A stretch of DNA of 64,000 nucleotides from an uncultured virus (IMG/VR IMGVR_UViG_3300047357_001465). Its lineage: Duplodnaviria; Heunggongvirae; Uroviricota; Caudoviricetes. The stretch lies in IMG/VR virus record IMGVR_UViG_3300047357_001465. One strand, written 5' to 3'. Shown piece by piece: positions 47,452 through 57,762 of this stretch; the first letter of the stretch is position 1; every line of letters begins with the position of its first letter. Made by a program: the position numbers and the translations under genes. Under the pieces are notes generated by a model. The model saw only the letters and a list, made by a program, of their open reading frames with translations, had not been told where the DNA came from and did not search any database.

Positions 47452-47476
47452 TAGAAGGAGGAGACCTCCATACAGG

Positions 47477-48661
47477 TTAGCTATCTCCGAGAATGCCACC
47501 AAAGTCATCAAGATCGCCTGCGTCGGATTCAACTTCGGCAAGTCCTCCAGATCCACCATCACGTTTGTCTGAGAGATAGGGCTTTACTTGATTGAACATC
47601 GTCGCGAGCCAGCCTTCGGGAAGGAGGTTTCGGAAACCCTCTAGACCTTGACCTTTGTACTCTTGAGCGTTTGAGGGGTCAGACCAAGAGTACCAAGCAC
47701 CCGCTTTCTTAACGACGCTTGCCTTCATAGCCAATTCAAGTATCGTTCTCTCGTTGTCTACACCGACACCTGATGTGAGATAGTAGTCTTGCTGGTGATG
47801 CACTGAGTCTGATACCTTGCACTTGTCGAGACTAGCCCTTGCAATATTACCTTTCACAGTCTCAACGACCTTCTGTTGCATTCCATCCCAATCCTTGCCC
47901 TTGTCTTTGCCTATAACTCGGAGCATCATGCGAAGACATGAGTAGTACTTCCAAGCATTACCGCCTTGAGCGTCACGGGTAGGCCCTGACCCGAAACCAC
48001 CCATACCGCCCATCTTCTCACGAAGCTGTGATATGCCGATCACAGCGGTCTTGCTGTCTGAAATCTTCTGCTTGAAGATCGGGAGGAACTGACTCCATTT
48101 TTGAGCGAGAAGGCCGACCTGCTGTTGCCCGCCAGGATCAGCAAAGAACTTCAGAGGAACGCCCGCACCGACGCTATCAACCACGATGAGGTCAACACCA
48201 GCAGAAGCAAACTTGACCATGAGCTTCATGCCTTGCTCAAGAGTCTCAGGCTGAAGCAACATGAACCGACTCTTATCTGTGACAGGTACGCCCAATGCTT
48301 GAGCGTAACGTGGTTCAACTTCGTTCTCAAAGTCGATGTACACGCAAGTTCCCTCTTCACAAGCAGTCGCGGCTGTTTGTAGAGCTATGGTTGTCTTACC
48401 CGACCCTGCAAGGCCATAGATGTTTGTAATCTTCCCTCTGGGGATACCTGGACAAGGTCTCACACCTTTGGTGTTTTCTTTGCCTCCGATAAGGTAGTCG
48501 ATTGCAAGGCTACCTGTTGAGATGTGAGGGATTGATTTTGTGAGACTCTCAGTGTCAAGCTCTACTAGAGCCGAACCTTTTTGATCTTTCTCGGCTTCTC
48601 CGAGTATTGCAGTTAGGTCAGGTGTCTTTTTCTTGGTTTCCGCTACCTTCTTCTTAGGCAT
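47477..48661 (-). CDS. recA: RecA-like recombinase
   Basis: ISTGSLAID, GLAGSGKTT, IVVDSV, ISQLREK and GGNAWKYY. Confidence 0.92.
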   Translation of the reverse strand: MPKKKVAETKKKTPDLTAILGEAEKDQKGSALVELDTESLTKSIPHISTGSLAIDYLIGGKENTKGVRPCPGIPRGKITNIYGLAGSGKTTIALQTAATACEEGTCVYIDFENEVEPRYAQALGVPVTDKSRFMLLQPETLEQGMKLMVKFASAGVDLIVVDSVGAGVPLKFFADPGGQQQVGLLAQKWSQFLPIFKQKISDSKTAVIGISQLREKMGGMGGFGSGPTRDAQGGNAWKYYSCLRMMLRVIGKDKGKDWDGMQQKVVETVKGNIARASLDKCKVSDSVHHQQDYYLTSGVGVDNERTILELAMKASVVKKAGAWYSWSDPSNAQEYKGQGLEGFRNLLPEGWLATMFNQVKPYLSDKRDGGSGGLAEVESDAGDLDDFGGILGDS

Positions 48662-48770
48662 CTTTCTTCTCCTTAAGTTATGTGATATACACCGTTATAT
48701 GATCTAGCCCATAAACCAACTTGTTTTTTCGGTAGGCTAGAGAACTCTGTTGAAATAGAGAAGGATTACA

Positions 48771-48977
48771 ATGAGTTGTGAAATAGATGATATTATAAGA
48801 GAGATCTTAAACTCTACCCCAGACAGGTATTCGGGATTTCAGTCCTCAACGCCTCAAACAAAAAAGGTCAATGAAGTAAATATCATTGACCTTAAAGGGA
48901 AGCGTTTTAAGTTCCCTGGTAAGTTTGAGATGACAGAATCCAACGGATCTGTCTCCTTCAAGGCGATCAAGGATTAG
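48771..48977 (+). CDS. hypothetical protein
   Basis: 68 aa; AAGGA RBS. Confidence 0.45.
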   Translation: MSCEIDDIIREILNSTPDRYSGFQSSTPQTKKVNEVNIIDLKGKRFKFPGKFEMTESNGSVSFKAIKD

Positions 48978-49459
48978 CGGTTGTCTCCGCTACCTCCAAT
49001 AACACCACGCTCTTTTCTACCTAAGAGCTTCTCCATGTTGTCTTCCGCGATCTGAGAGAGACTAAGATCCAGCTCTGCGGCTAAGCGAGCACAGTACCAG
49101 AGAACGTCACCGATCTCTGAAGCCATAGCTTGCTTCCACTCTGCGTCTGTCATCTTACTGTCGCCGTCTCGAATCCACTTCTTCATCTTGCCCGCGACCT
49201 CTCCTGCCTCAGAAGCGATACCTAATGAAAGATACTCTAAGGCTTTATTAGGAGGGTACTTCGCCGTTTCAAGAGTAGCCTCTTGGTAATCGTTGAAGGT
49301 CTCATCTGAAAAAGCCTGTGCGTCTTCAGATTCGATCCAATTTAAGATCGTAAGTTCTTGATCTTCTTCAGACATATCTGAAGTACAGACCAGCCTGTAG
49401 ATATCATCACGGGTGACTGTGTAAAGTTGGCTGTCGTCTCCTCTGAGTAGATACTTCAT
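48974..49459 (-). CDS. MazG-like nucleotide pyrophosphohydrolase
   Basis: LGIASEAGEV, EIGDVLWY and RGVIGGSGDNR. Confidence 0.85.
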   Translation of the reverse strand: MKYLLRGDDSQLYTVTRDDIYRLVCTSDMSEEDQELTILNWIESEDAQAFSDETFNDYQEATLETAKYPPNKALEYLSLGIASEAGEVAGKMKKWIRDGDSKMTDAEWKQAMASEIGDVLWYCARLAAELDLSLSQIAEDNMEKLLGRKERGVIGGSGDNR

Positions 49460-49932
49460 CAGGGAACCCCCACGTTAGAGTCACTTGAGCCTTTATCTTT
49501 CTCTTCCTTCTTGTTTGAAGGGTACTCGACATCAGTTCTCCAATTGCCATGTCTGCTCTCTTCTTCGGAGAAGTAGAAGACATCAGGAGTCTGCATGAAG
49601 TACTTCATCTCGCCTGTCTTCTCATCTTCTTTGCCCCCAATGAAGCAAAGAAGGTGGTCGATGAGTGCGGTACGCTGAGCTTCGTTGAGCTTGACCCAGC
49701 AATCATTACCGATGGTGAGTACGAACTGATACTCTCGCTCACCAAGCACTGAGAGAATTGCAGGTGCTTTTGCGGTTGTACCCAAGATAGGGCGATCACC
49801 CTTCCTGTTTGCCTTGTCTTTGAAGACGACAACGATGTCATCTACGATATCGACGAGGTGAGGGTGGTGATTGGCTGTGAGATCGCGAATGATCTCGTGA
49901 GTTGAAGACGATGCTTTCCATCTTTGGCTCAT
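49459..49932 (-). CDS. putative phage metallopeptidase-like protein
   Basis: W..L...QR.ALIDH pattern, but the second His is missing; start MSQRWK with a GGAGG RBS. Confidence 0.55.
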   Translation of the reverse strand: MSQRWKASSSTHEIIRDLTANHHPHLVDIVDDIVVVFKDKANRKGDRPILGTTAKAPAILSVLGEREYQFVLTIGNDCWVKLNEAQRTALIDHLLCFIGGKEDEKTGEMKYFMQTPDVFYFSEEESRHGNWRTDVEYPSNKKEEKDKGSSDSNVGVP

Positions 49933-49994
49933 AGTTCCTCCATGTTTTAATGTGTTGTAAAGTGTGTCTCTTATAGAGTCTATTTTTTGCAAGA

Positions 49995-50234
49995 CTACTT
50001 TTTGTGAATTGCACTCTTGACCGAGGAAGTGAGGGTAGTCAAGAACCCTTCTAAAATAAGGAAAACTCTCAACATAAGGCTTGGCTTGACACACATATAA
50101 AACCTTATAAAAAGCTCCATCTGGTCAGGATTGAGCTTGGTTTCTTCATTAAATATGAAGGATGTGTCCCCATCTTCGTGCAGGATGATTACCACGTCAT
50201 TCAGTGAAAAGCTATGTTTATTTTCGTCCATCAT
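49995..50234 (-). CDS. hypothetical protein
   Basis: Coupled small ORF. Confidence 0.5.
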   Translation of the reverse strand: MMDENKHSFSLNDVVIILHEDGDTSFIFNEETKLNPDQMELFIRFYMCVKPSLMLRVFLILEGFLTTLTSSVKSAIHKK

Positions 50235-50560
50235 TCACCTAATCTGTAACTTTCCCTTATGGCATGAAGGACTCTATTCCCTGTCTCATGAAAAGGTCGA
50301 TCCCCAGAGGATTTCACACACCATTGTACTTTGCCGTATATGACGAAATGATACCACCCAGAACCCTCTTCTAAAGTAAGGAGTACCTTCATCTTTGGGT
50401 CTTCTTCATGTATGAACTCAAGCATCTTCTCAAAAGGAGATAGATATATGAGAGAGTACCCGACCTCTGTGAGAAGATGGGTCAAGTATGCCTCATAAGA
50501 GAGATTGCCCTCATATGAGTTACACACCCTCTGGCCATTTTCAATTCTAGACAAAGACAC
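50231..50560 (-). CDS. hypothetical protein
   Basis: Coupled small ORF. Confidence 0.5.
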   Translation of the reverse strand: MSLSRIENGQRVCNSYEGNLSYEAYLTHLLTEVGYSLIYLSPFEKMLEFIHEEDPKMKVLLTLEEGSGWYHFVIYGKVQWCVKSSGDRPFHETGNRVLHAIRESYRLGE

Positions 50561-50606
50561 TACATTACTAAGCCTCCCTACCTATAATCCAAGTTCCATT
50601 TAAGAA

Positions 50607-50867
50607 CTATTCTTCGACTAAGTAGCCTCTCCTTTTAGCTAACAATGCTACATGGGCAAGAGCTACGGGGTCGTGAGAGCTGACGACAATCTTGTTGTCG
50701 TTTACTAACTGAGAAGAACAGCCTGCAATAGAAGAGACAGACCTCACATACATCTCAGGGAAAGGAGATTCGTTGGCGTGGATCGTGATGTCATATTGAT
50801 GTTTCATCACCTCTAGTATCCATTTGTCTACGATGTTCTTGGGTAGGATTGCCTTGTTTCCCGTCAT
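50607..50867 (-). CDS. hypothetical protein
   Basis: ATGA overlap with the upstream gene. Confidence 0.55.
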   Translation of the reverse strand: MTGNKAILPKNIVDKWILEVMKHQYDITIHANESPFPEMYVRSVSSIAGCSSQLVNDNKIVVSSHDPVALAHVALLAKRRGYLVEE

Positions 50868-51439
50868 AGTATAACTCTTTTTCTCGGTTCCTTATCTGAG
50901 TCGCACCTTAACAAAGTTAAGTTGTCCCCTACGGTCTTCATAGATAAGTAAATGTCTTCAAGGCTAGGAGCTTGAGATAAGGACTCCATGCACTTCAAGA
51001 ACCGATACCTGACCTTCCCTTGAGTATCTCCTAGCATTCTAGCCACATGGCTTTGACTAGAGTGCAGGTACAGATAGACCAACACGTCTATGTCTTTCTT
51101 CTCTGTAAAGAACCCAGACAGTCGGGATCTGAGTTCCTCCTCAGTATATAAAGATATTTTCAAGTAGACTTTAAGTCTGTCTATACCCCGATTAATTCTG
51201 TAGTGTATGTTAGGCTGGGTGTACCCGAAGATCTTGCCTAATAGTGCCTGACTCACCCCTTTTAAGAGATGAAGCTCTACCATATCGGCCTCAATAGGAG
51301 ATATGTGGCTCATGTGGTCTAATATCTCCTGAACCTGTAATGCCTTATGGGGGGCTACAAAGCTTGCAGAAGGCAGACTGTCAAGACCTTGTCCATTAGA
51401 GAAGATCTCTTCCATTAGCTTCGCGTCCATATCACACAC
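50864..51439 (-). CDS. sigma-region-4-like tandem HTH protein
   Basis: SQALLGKIFGYTQPNIHYRINR and SQSHVARMLGDTQGKVRYR. Confidence 0.6.
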   Translation of the reverse strand: MCDMDAKLMEEIFSNGQGLDSLPSASFVAPHKALQVQEILDHMSHISPIEADMVELHLLKGVSQALLGKIFGYTQPNIHYRINRGIDRLKVYLKISLYTEEELRSRLSGFFTEKKDIDVLVYLYLHSSQSHVARMLGDTQGKVRYRFLKCMESLSQAPSLEDIYLSMKTVGDNLTLLRCDSDKEPRKRVIL

Positions 51440-51947
51440 TCTCTACAGACAGACAGTCTGCACTTATTATTATTTCAACACTCCTCATGTCTATAAGGAG
51501 TGAGTACATCCTGAGACTGTCTTTCTCAAAGAGATCAAGGACGGTGGCTTCAAAACCCTTGAATTCGCCGTCCTTGATCGCAACCTTGTCTCCAAAATCA
51601 AACCTAGCACCTAGTTCATCAGCTCTTTTCAGCATCGAGTTGAGGTCTCTGGTACTGATAACTCCTTTTGAGATCAAACCCGTTGACTCATCTATCTGAC
51701 TAACCACATTCCGAATTAGGTACGTTCTTCTAAGATCGAAGTAGTCAGAAGCACCGTACCCTGACTTGATGAAGATATAACCCTCCATCACCCAGACGGG
51801 TTTTCCTCCGTGCTTGACTATCGGTATGAAGATGTCCCCTTCTTTAAAAGGAGACACTTCAAGCAAAGACCTTTTTAAAGTGCCTTGCTCTACTGCCTCT
51901 TCACCCTTGCTGGTTATTTCTAAGATAACCCAAGACTCTGATCTCAT
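51432..51947 (-). CDS. NusG/RfaH-family transcription elongation factor
   Basis: NGN-like W.IL...FIP...GYIFI region and KOW motif FGDKVAIKDGEFKGFEATV. Confidence 0.75.
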   Translation of the reverse strand: MRSESWVILEITSKGEEAVEQGTLKRSLLEVSPFKEGDIFIPIVKHGGKPVWVMEGYIFIKSGYGASDYFDLRRTYLIRNVVSQIDESTGLISKGVISTRDLNSMLKRADELGARFDFGDKVAIKDGEFKGFEATVLDLFEKDSLRMYSLLIDMRSVEIIISADCLSVESV

Positions 51948-51974
51948 ATAAGACTCACTAAGAAGTTAGATTTG

Positions 51975-53147
51975 TTAAATATCTAACTTACTTTTTACCA
52001 TTGTCGCGAACTTAGACAATGAAAGAGTTCTCATTTCTTCTCGGATTTGACCTTGTGGCTCTGTGAAGGCGGGTAAAGGAGCATTATTTTTGGGTATGCC
52101 CCCCTTCTTCCATTTCAGAACACTCACTTTTAACATTGCACTTGTGGGTCTGTATGGGGCAGAGGCAAGATCATCTGCAAGGGCAAGGAGTCCATCCTGA
52201 TGCAGATCCCATGCTTTCGTGAGTATGTCCTTCTTCCAAAAAGGGGGAGGTTTGCCCGAACCATACCCTATAGAGATTGACCATGTGGCTGCGGTCAGCA
52301 ACCTATCATAGACAACACCAACGGGCGTGGACATCAACAAGTCTTCAAGAATGATTAGGGACTGACTCACGTCGCTAATGAGAAGCTTGCAGATTTGATC
52401 GTTACGGTCTACATGCAGATACTCACGCACTCCTTGCACTGACACTTTACCCTCTTTAGAGGCAACGCCTTCAATCGCCTTCAGTGCATCGCGAATGTGT
52501 CCTTCGGTAAAGTCTGCAATGAGTACAAGAGCTTCCCTCTCGCTCTCAAACCCCTCTTCAGTACACACCATTTCGAGACGGTCTGCTATCTCTTCAGAGT
52601 TAACATGCTTGATGATGAATGCAGGAGCACATCGAGACAGGACAGTTTGTCTCATCTTTTCAGGTTCTGTTGTTGCGAATATGCAGACAAGCCTCTTATC
52701 GAAAGATCCCTTGTCATTCTCCTCCATTGGCTTGAGGAGAGCGTCAAGAGCATCCTTCGATAGCTGGTGAGCCTCATCGAACAGGTACAGTTTTTTCGAC
52801 CCTGAAAAAGAGGTGTAGTTCAGGTTCTCAAGTAGCTTCTTCACGTCAGCTTTACCTGAGTTCGTAGCCGCGTCCACTTCAATGAAGGAATCGTGACTGC
52901 CGTCTAGCATTGCTTTACAAGAGTTGCATTGGTCGCAAGGGTCTCCCTTTACAGGATTCTCACATAATAAGGCTCTTGCCATAATGCGACCGAGTGTTGT
53001 TTTCCCTGACCCGTAAGGGCCAGCGAACAAATAGGACTGCCTCCACCCAGCTTCACTTGAAATGAACCCTTTGAGGGTCTTTATCGTGTCTTTTTGACCG
53101 AGAACGTCTTCATATGTTCTCGGTCGGTATTTCGTATCTAATGACAT
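51975..53147 (-). CDS. dnaX: DNA polymerase III gamma/tau-like clamp loader
   Basis: KYRP..Y.DVLGQ, GPYGSGKTT, Cys4 zinc module, DEAH, ATTE and SRC. Confidence 0.9.
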   Translation of the reverse strand: MSLDTKYRPRTYEDVLGQKDTIKTLKGFISSEAGWRQSYLFAGPYGSGKTTLGRIMARALLCENPVKGDPCDQCNSCKAMLDGSHDSFIEVDAATNSGKADVKKLLENLNYTSFSGSKKLYLFDEAHQLSKDALDALLKPMEENDKGSFDKRLVCIFATTEPEKMRQTVLSRCAPAFIIKHVNSEEIADRLEMVCTEEGFESEREALVLIADFTEGHIRDALKAIEGVASKEGKVSVQGVREYLHVDRNDQICKLLISDVSQSLIILEDLLMSTPVGVVYDRLLTAATWSISIGYGSGKPPPFWKKDILTKAWDLHQDGLLALADDLASAPYRPTSAMLKVSVLKWKKGGIPKNNAPLPAFTEPQGQIREEMRTLSLSKFATMVKSKLDI

Positions 53148-53183
53148 ACATATCTCCTTTCATTCTTTTATAGAATCGGAGAT

Positions 53184-53522
53184 TTAACGCCTCCTCTTTC
53201 TTTTAGGATTGCGAGCTTCGTAGTCTACCCTAGCCTTTTGCTTCCTGCACTTGTCGGAGCAGTATTTTTTTCTATCAGACGCTACCTTGTTAGAACAGCC
53301 ATAATTCTCGCAAGAGCGGGTTGACTCAATTATTACAACTTCATGTCTGACTTCTTCTCTTCTCCCTGGACAATTGTGATACCAGCATTGGGTTTTCTCT
53401 TCTTTGAAGCCATACGAATTGAGTTGAGTACGACATCTCCACCTCCGCACCTCCAACCCATCTTCGTACCATAACACATTGCACTTACTTTTCCTGAGAG
53501 GCGTTACTTCTATCTCATCCAT
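53184..53522 (-). CDS. zinc-finger protein
   Basis: CENYGC...KKYCSDKCR. Confidence 0.6.
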   Translation of the reverse strand: MDEIEVTPLRKSKCNVLWYEDGLEVRRWRCRTQLNSYGFKEEKTQCWYHNCPGRREEVRHEVVIIESTRSCENYGCSNKVASDRKKYCSDKCRKQKARVDYEARNPKRKRRR

Positions 53523-53645
53523 TTAAAAAAACCTTATCCACCTAGTTGTTTCTGTAGAGGTGTTATACCAGCCTCAAAAAAATGTCTTTCAAATATGTCA
53601 TTGGGGGTATAAGTAACCACAATCAAGAAAGGGAGCATACTAAAG

Positions 53646-54380
53646 ATGAGTACGGATTTTCAAGACCGAAGAGTAGACATTTACAACGACGGTGTTGGCG
53701 GGGTCGCCCTGATTCAACACATGGGAGATGACCTCACAGTCGTTAACGCGGCTAGAGCCTCTCTAGACAAAGTGAGCACCGAGTGGTCTGAAAGAGAGGC
53801 AAGGCTCTCCAGCTTTCTTGTGAGAGAGGGTCACACATCAACAGTCGAACACAACGTCATCACTTTTTGGATCAAAGTGCCGATGTTCGTCGCAAGGCAA
53901 CAGATGAGACACAGGACATTCTCCTACAATGAGATCTCAAGAAGGTACACCTCAGAGAACCTTGAGTTCTACTTTCCAAAAGAGATGAGGATGCAGGATA
54001 CTAAGAACCGTCAGACGAGTCTTGATGAGACGTTCAATCCCGTGATTGAGTTCGAGCCTTCCCTCAAAGTGGATTCCTCTTCTGCAATCAAGAACCACAC
54101 CGCTGACGCCGTGATACTCTATAATAAGATGATTGATCAAGGTGTAGCCCGAGAGCAAGCGAGGATGGTCTTACCTCAGAACATATACACAACTTATTGG
54201 GCTACGGGATCTCTTCACAATTGGGTGAACAGCTTCATTGCGAAGAGAGACCATGAAGATGCACAATGGGAGATCAAGCTCTTGGCCAGAGAGATCAGTA
54301 GGCAGATACAATCAATATGGCCTAAATCACATGAGAACTTTGTTAAGCATGGGAAGATCCCCGCAGTACAAGAGGGTTGA
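53646..54380 (+). CDS. thyX: FAD-dependent thymidylate synthase
   Basis: RHRTFSYNEISRRY; EQARMVLP; AQWEI. Confidence 0.95.
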   Translation: MSTDFQDRRVDIYNDGVGGVALIQHMGDDLTVVNAARASLDKVSTEWSEREARLSSFLVREGHTSTVEHNVITFWIKVPMFVARQQMRHRTFSYNEISRRYTSENLEFYFPKEMRMQDTKNRQTSLDETFNPVIEFEPSLKVDSSSAIKNHTADAVILYNKMIDQGVAREQARMVLPQNIYTTYWATGSLHNWVNSFIAKRDHEDAQWEIKLLAREISRQIQSIWPKSHENFVKHGKIPAVQEG

Positions 54381-54461
54381 ATTCCCCCCTTTTATACCTC
54401 CCCCTCTTCCTGTATCATATAAACAAATAATGCAAACACAGAAAGAGGAGAAGCCACCAAG

Positions 54462-55436
54462 ATGATTAATCTTATCTGGAGGACAGATGTACACATGGCC
54501 GACAAGACTCCAAGAAGGAGATTAGGCTCTTGGACAACAGATGTCGTGAGAAAACTTAAGTGGGTCGGTGAACTAGCAAAAGAAACAGGGGCAAATGCTG
54601 TCTTAGACGGCGGTGACTTCTTTGATGTTAAGTCACCCTCCAAGAACTCACACTCTCTCGTTAGAGAGGCATTTAACGCCCACAGCGATTACCCTTGCCC
54701 TGTCTATGGATTAGTGGGCAATCACGATGTTAAGTACGGTAAGTACGAATACCTGCCTGAGCAACCGCTAGGGGTCTTGTTCTCCTCTGGTGTCTTTAAG
54801 GAGTTTGGCGATAACAAGGAGATTGTCTTTGAAGAAGACGGAGTAAAAGTCAGAGTAGTTGGGATACCATATCACGGAACTTTGTATGACTTTGAAAGAC
54901 TATCCTCTGTGGAAAGAGGAGATGAAGACTACCTCTTAGTTGCTTGTCACCTCTTGGCTCGAAAAGGTAAGACAGGGACGATGTTTGAAGGGGAAGATAT
55001 AGTAGGATATGACTTCCTAGACACGGTCTCTCAGGTAGATGGATGGTTCTTCGGGCATTGGCATAAAGATCAGGGAGTCGTGAAGCTTCCTAACGGAGCT
55101 ACCGTAGTAAATGTAGGTTCGCTCACAAGAGGCTCTCTACACCTAGACGACCTTGATCGGAAGCCCTGTGTGGTAGAGGTCAAGATGACCAAAGAGAGTA
55201 TCGAGTTCGTTAGGCACAATGTGCCTGTGAGACCCGCATCTGAGTGCTTCAAGATAGAAGAGGCAGTAAGAGAAAAAGACGACAGCCAGAGAATGACTGA
55301 CATAGTGGATCGAATGAAGAAGATCGCGACACAAGGCTGGACAGAATTAACATTAAAAGAGCGAGTAATGTCCATTAGCACGGCATCTAATGGTGCGAAG
55401 GAGCTTGCTAACTCTTATTTAGACAAGGTAACTTAA
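54462..55436 (+). CDS. SbcD/Mre11-like metallophosphoesterase nuclease
   Basis: TDVH, GGDFFD, GNHD and GHWH. Confidence 0.85.
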   Translation: MINLIWRTDVHMADKTPRRRLGSWTTDVVRKLKWVGELAKETGANAVLDGGDFFDVKSPSKNSHSLVREAFNAHSDYPCPVYGLVGNHDVKYGKYEYLPEQPLGVLFSSGVFKEFGDNKEIVFEEDGVKVRVVGIPYHGTLYDFERLSSVERGDEDYLLVACHLLARKGKTGTMFEGEDIVGYDFLDTVSQVDGWFFGHWHKDQGVVKLPNGATVVNVGSLTRGSLHLDDLDRKPCVVEVKMTKESIEFVRHNVPVRPASECFKIEEAVREKDDSQRMTDIVDRMKKIATQGWTELTLKERVMSISTASNGAKELANSYLDKVT

Positions 55437-55438
55437 AT

Positions 55439-55948
55439 ATGATTGTAAGTGAAAGAAACAAAGAAGGGTTATTAGAGGATCTCGGAAAGTACCTTCAAGA
55501 GTACCTGAGCCTCTCACAGAAGATCTCGTTCAACGGAAACAAGTCCGACAGGGCGGACTTGAACGAGTATGCAAGCACGATTCTCGATGTCCTGACACAA
55601 AAGTCTTTGTCGGGCAAGTCTCTAGAGTGGGATTACGAGAAGTTCCGTGAGGCGAAAGGAGGCTGGGTTGAGACAGGAGCTTCTGTAGAGGAGATCATTG
55701 AAACAGTAACCTATAACATAGGTGTGTATGAAGGCTCTTTGAGTACAGGAGAGAAGTGGGAAGTAGAAGAGATGAAGTCTAATGAAATCACCTTCGCCCC
55801 TGTACTCTCAGACATAACCGTCAAGCTCAGCGATCTCTCTGAGCTTAAAGAGAACTACCCTCAGATTAAGAACATTCACTTAGTTAGCGACGCTAAATTG
55901 GGAGAGGTCAACATTCGCCTCAAGCTCTTTTTGGACGGATGCGACTAA
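55439..55948 (+). CDS. hypothetical protein
   Basis: 169-aa acidic ORF coupled to the SbcD-like gene. Confidence 0.6.
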   Translation: MIVSERNKEGLLEDLGKYLQEYLSLSQKISFNGNKSDRADLNEYASTILDVLTQKSLSGKSLEWDYEKFREAKGGWVETGASVEEIIETVTYNIGVYEGSLSTGEKWEVEEMKSNEITFAPVLSDITVKLSDLSELKENYPQIKNIHLVSDAKLGEVNIRLKLFLDGCD

Positions 55949-57328
55949 AGCAGAGTTCATTTGAACGTGTTCCTTGATCTCCTCATCAATAGGTTCTTCA
56001 CCTGAGAGAATCTTGTATATCAAGGTGGCTCCTTCTCCGTTCTTCATATAGTCTTCAAGATCAGCCTTTAATGTGAGCATGGCTTTAGCTTGTACTATCT
56101 TTAGGGATATAGGAAGTGAAGCAGATGACCCTTTTTTGCCTCCTCCTGAAAACTTGTTCTTTATAGCGGTGAACATGTTCGCCATGCCTTCAGTCGCTTT
56201 GTCATACCACACTTCAGCCTCGTCGAAGAATTTCTTGCCTGCTTGGTCTGACATAGTTCCAGATAGATAGAGACCTTTCTCAATAGCGGGTCGTACTTCT
56301 AGCTGAAACTCCTTATGCACCTCTAGCATCTGATCTTTCATCTCTTTCCAACTCAGATCTGGGTTGTCCATGATGTCCTGAATCTTCTCGTTATACCGAG
56401 ACTCCATTTTTTCGGGTGTTACGGCACCCGCAAAGATGTCTTGAGTTACGAGCTTGAATTGATTTGTACTTCGACCATCAAAAAACTTTTTCAACGCCGT
56501 CCCAAACACTATAGCTATCACGGTAGATATCAAAAATCCTGTCCCTTTAGCTAACAAACCTTCGCTCTGGCCGATAAAAAGTTTTGCAATAAATCCATTG
56601 AGACTACCCCCTAATCCGGGGATGATTCCGAAGTGACTTATTATAAGGAAAATGCCAAAGGGTAATATCACCCTTAACAGCATATCTTGAGCCCAAACAG
56701 CGGCAATAGAAAGAACCTCGACAGATTGATCGAACGCTTTCAAGAAACTGGTCTTGAAGAGTTCGAAATTTTTGCTTGGACTCAACTTCTGATCACTAGC
56801 TCTCCAATCATCAACAAAACTCTTCAAGGCGAGAGGGACGCTCTTAAGAGCATTCAGACCGACAAAGACGAATTTTGAGACAATACCCCTAGTAATGCCA
56901 AGAAAGAGTGCTTTGTGCCAGCTTCGTTCATAACCAGGGGTCTTGAACGCACTACGAACACCCTCTGCGATTTGAATCACATCTGCCTCGTAGAGCTCTA
57001 TCTCACTTGAAGGAGCACGGATACGGTCTTCATCATAGATCAATATCTGTAGTTCGTAAAAGTCCTCGGCCTCTTTGAGTTCTATCGTCTCCTTGGTGAT
57101 CTCTCCCGCTTTAAACTTTGGATACCACGAACCTATCTTTTGCTGGGCATACCTCTTCTTCTGGAGCAGTGGGTATTCCTTCTCGGCTCTCTCCTCTTCT
57201 ATTTCAAACCAGCCTCGAAGAACCCAATACCCTATTGTCTCGCCTTTTCTATAAGGGTGAGGACCCCTCCAAGATTTCATGGCGTCGTCAAAGGGTGCCC
57301 ATTCTTTTTTTGTTAGATTCACGATCAT
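55880..57328 (-). CDS. membrane-segment-containing putative cargo protein
   Basis: 482 aa; two hydrophobic helices; upstream late motif. Confidence 0.6.
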   Translation of the reverse strand: MIVNLTKKEWAPFDDAMKSWRGPHPYRKGETIGYWVLRGWFEIEEERAEKEYPLLQKKRYAQQKIGSWYPKFKAGEITKETIELKEAEDFYELQILIYDEDRIRAPSSEIELYEADVIQIAEGVRSAFKTPGYERSWHKALFLGITRGIVSKFVFVGLNALKSVPLALKSFVDDWRASDQKLSPSKNFELFKTSFLKAFDQSVEVLSIAAVWAQDMLLRVILPFGIFLIISHFGIIPGLGGSLNGFIAKLFIGQSEGLLAKGTGFLISTVIAIVFGTALKKFFDGRSTNQFKLVTQDIFAGAVTPEKMESRYNEKIQDIMDNPDLSWKEMKDQMLEVHKEFQLEVRPAIEKGLYLSGTMSDQAGKKFFDEAEVWYDKATEGMANMFTAIKNKFSGGGKKGSSASLPISLKIVQAKAMLTLKADLEDYMKNGEGATLIYKILSGEEPIDEEIKEHVQMNSALVASVQKELEANVDLSQFSVAN

Positions 57329-57379
57329 AGCAGTAGCCTTTCTGGTTTTTGGTATACGTCACTCATAAAGAAACAAAAA

Positions 57380-57751
57380 CTAAACCTTCCACTTTGGGTC
57401 TACTACCCAAGGATGGTTGACTCCTTCTCCCCTACATAAGGGAGAGTCTTTAACCGACCAATGACACCTAGCTTTACTTCTCTTGCCCTTCTTGAGTGCA
57501 TGTTCTGCTTTCAAGGCTTCAGATCGAGATGTGTAAGGGCCATAACAAGCACGGGCGACCCAAGGACGATGTTTAGAGGTATATTTACCACCTTTGGGAT
57601 TTCCTTGTTTACCATTAGCGTAGAGTCCGTTATGTTCTCGAAGCCTTCGTGCGGGATCTGTGGTCATACCGACGTAGAAAAAGCCTGGTAAAGGCTTGCC
57701 TTTCTTACCCACCCTAACATTCTCGCTCTGTATAACATACACCCAATACAT
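57380..57751 (-). CDS. GIY-YIG nuclease (SLX1/UPF0213-like)
   Basis: YWVYVI...FYVGMTTDPARRLREHNG...GGKYT...RPW. Confidence 0.85.
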   Translation of the reverse strand: MYWVYVIQSENVRVGKKGKPLPGFFYVGMTTDPARRLREHNGLYANGKQGNPKGGKYTSKHRPWVARACYGPYTSRSEALKAEHALKKGKRSKARCHWSVKDSPLCRGEGVNHPWVVDPKWKV

Positions 57752-57762
57752 ATTTACTCCTT

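Noticed and set aside
57380..57751. Homing endonuclease or intron
   Set aside because: Short stand-alone SLX1-like domain with no DNA-binding tail; no interrupted gene nearby
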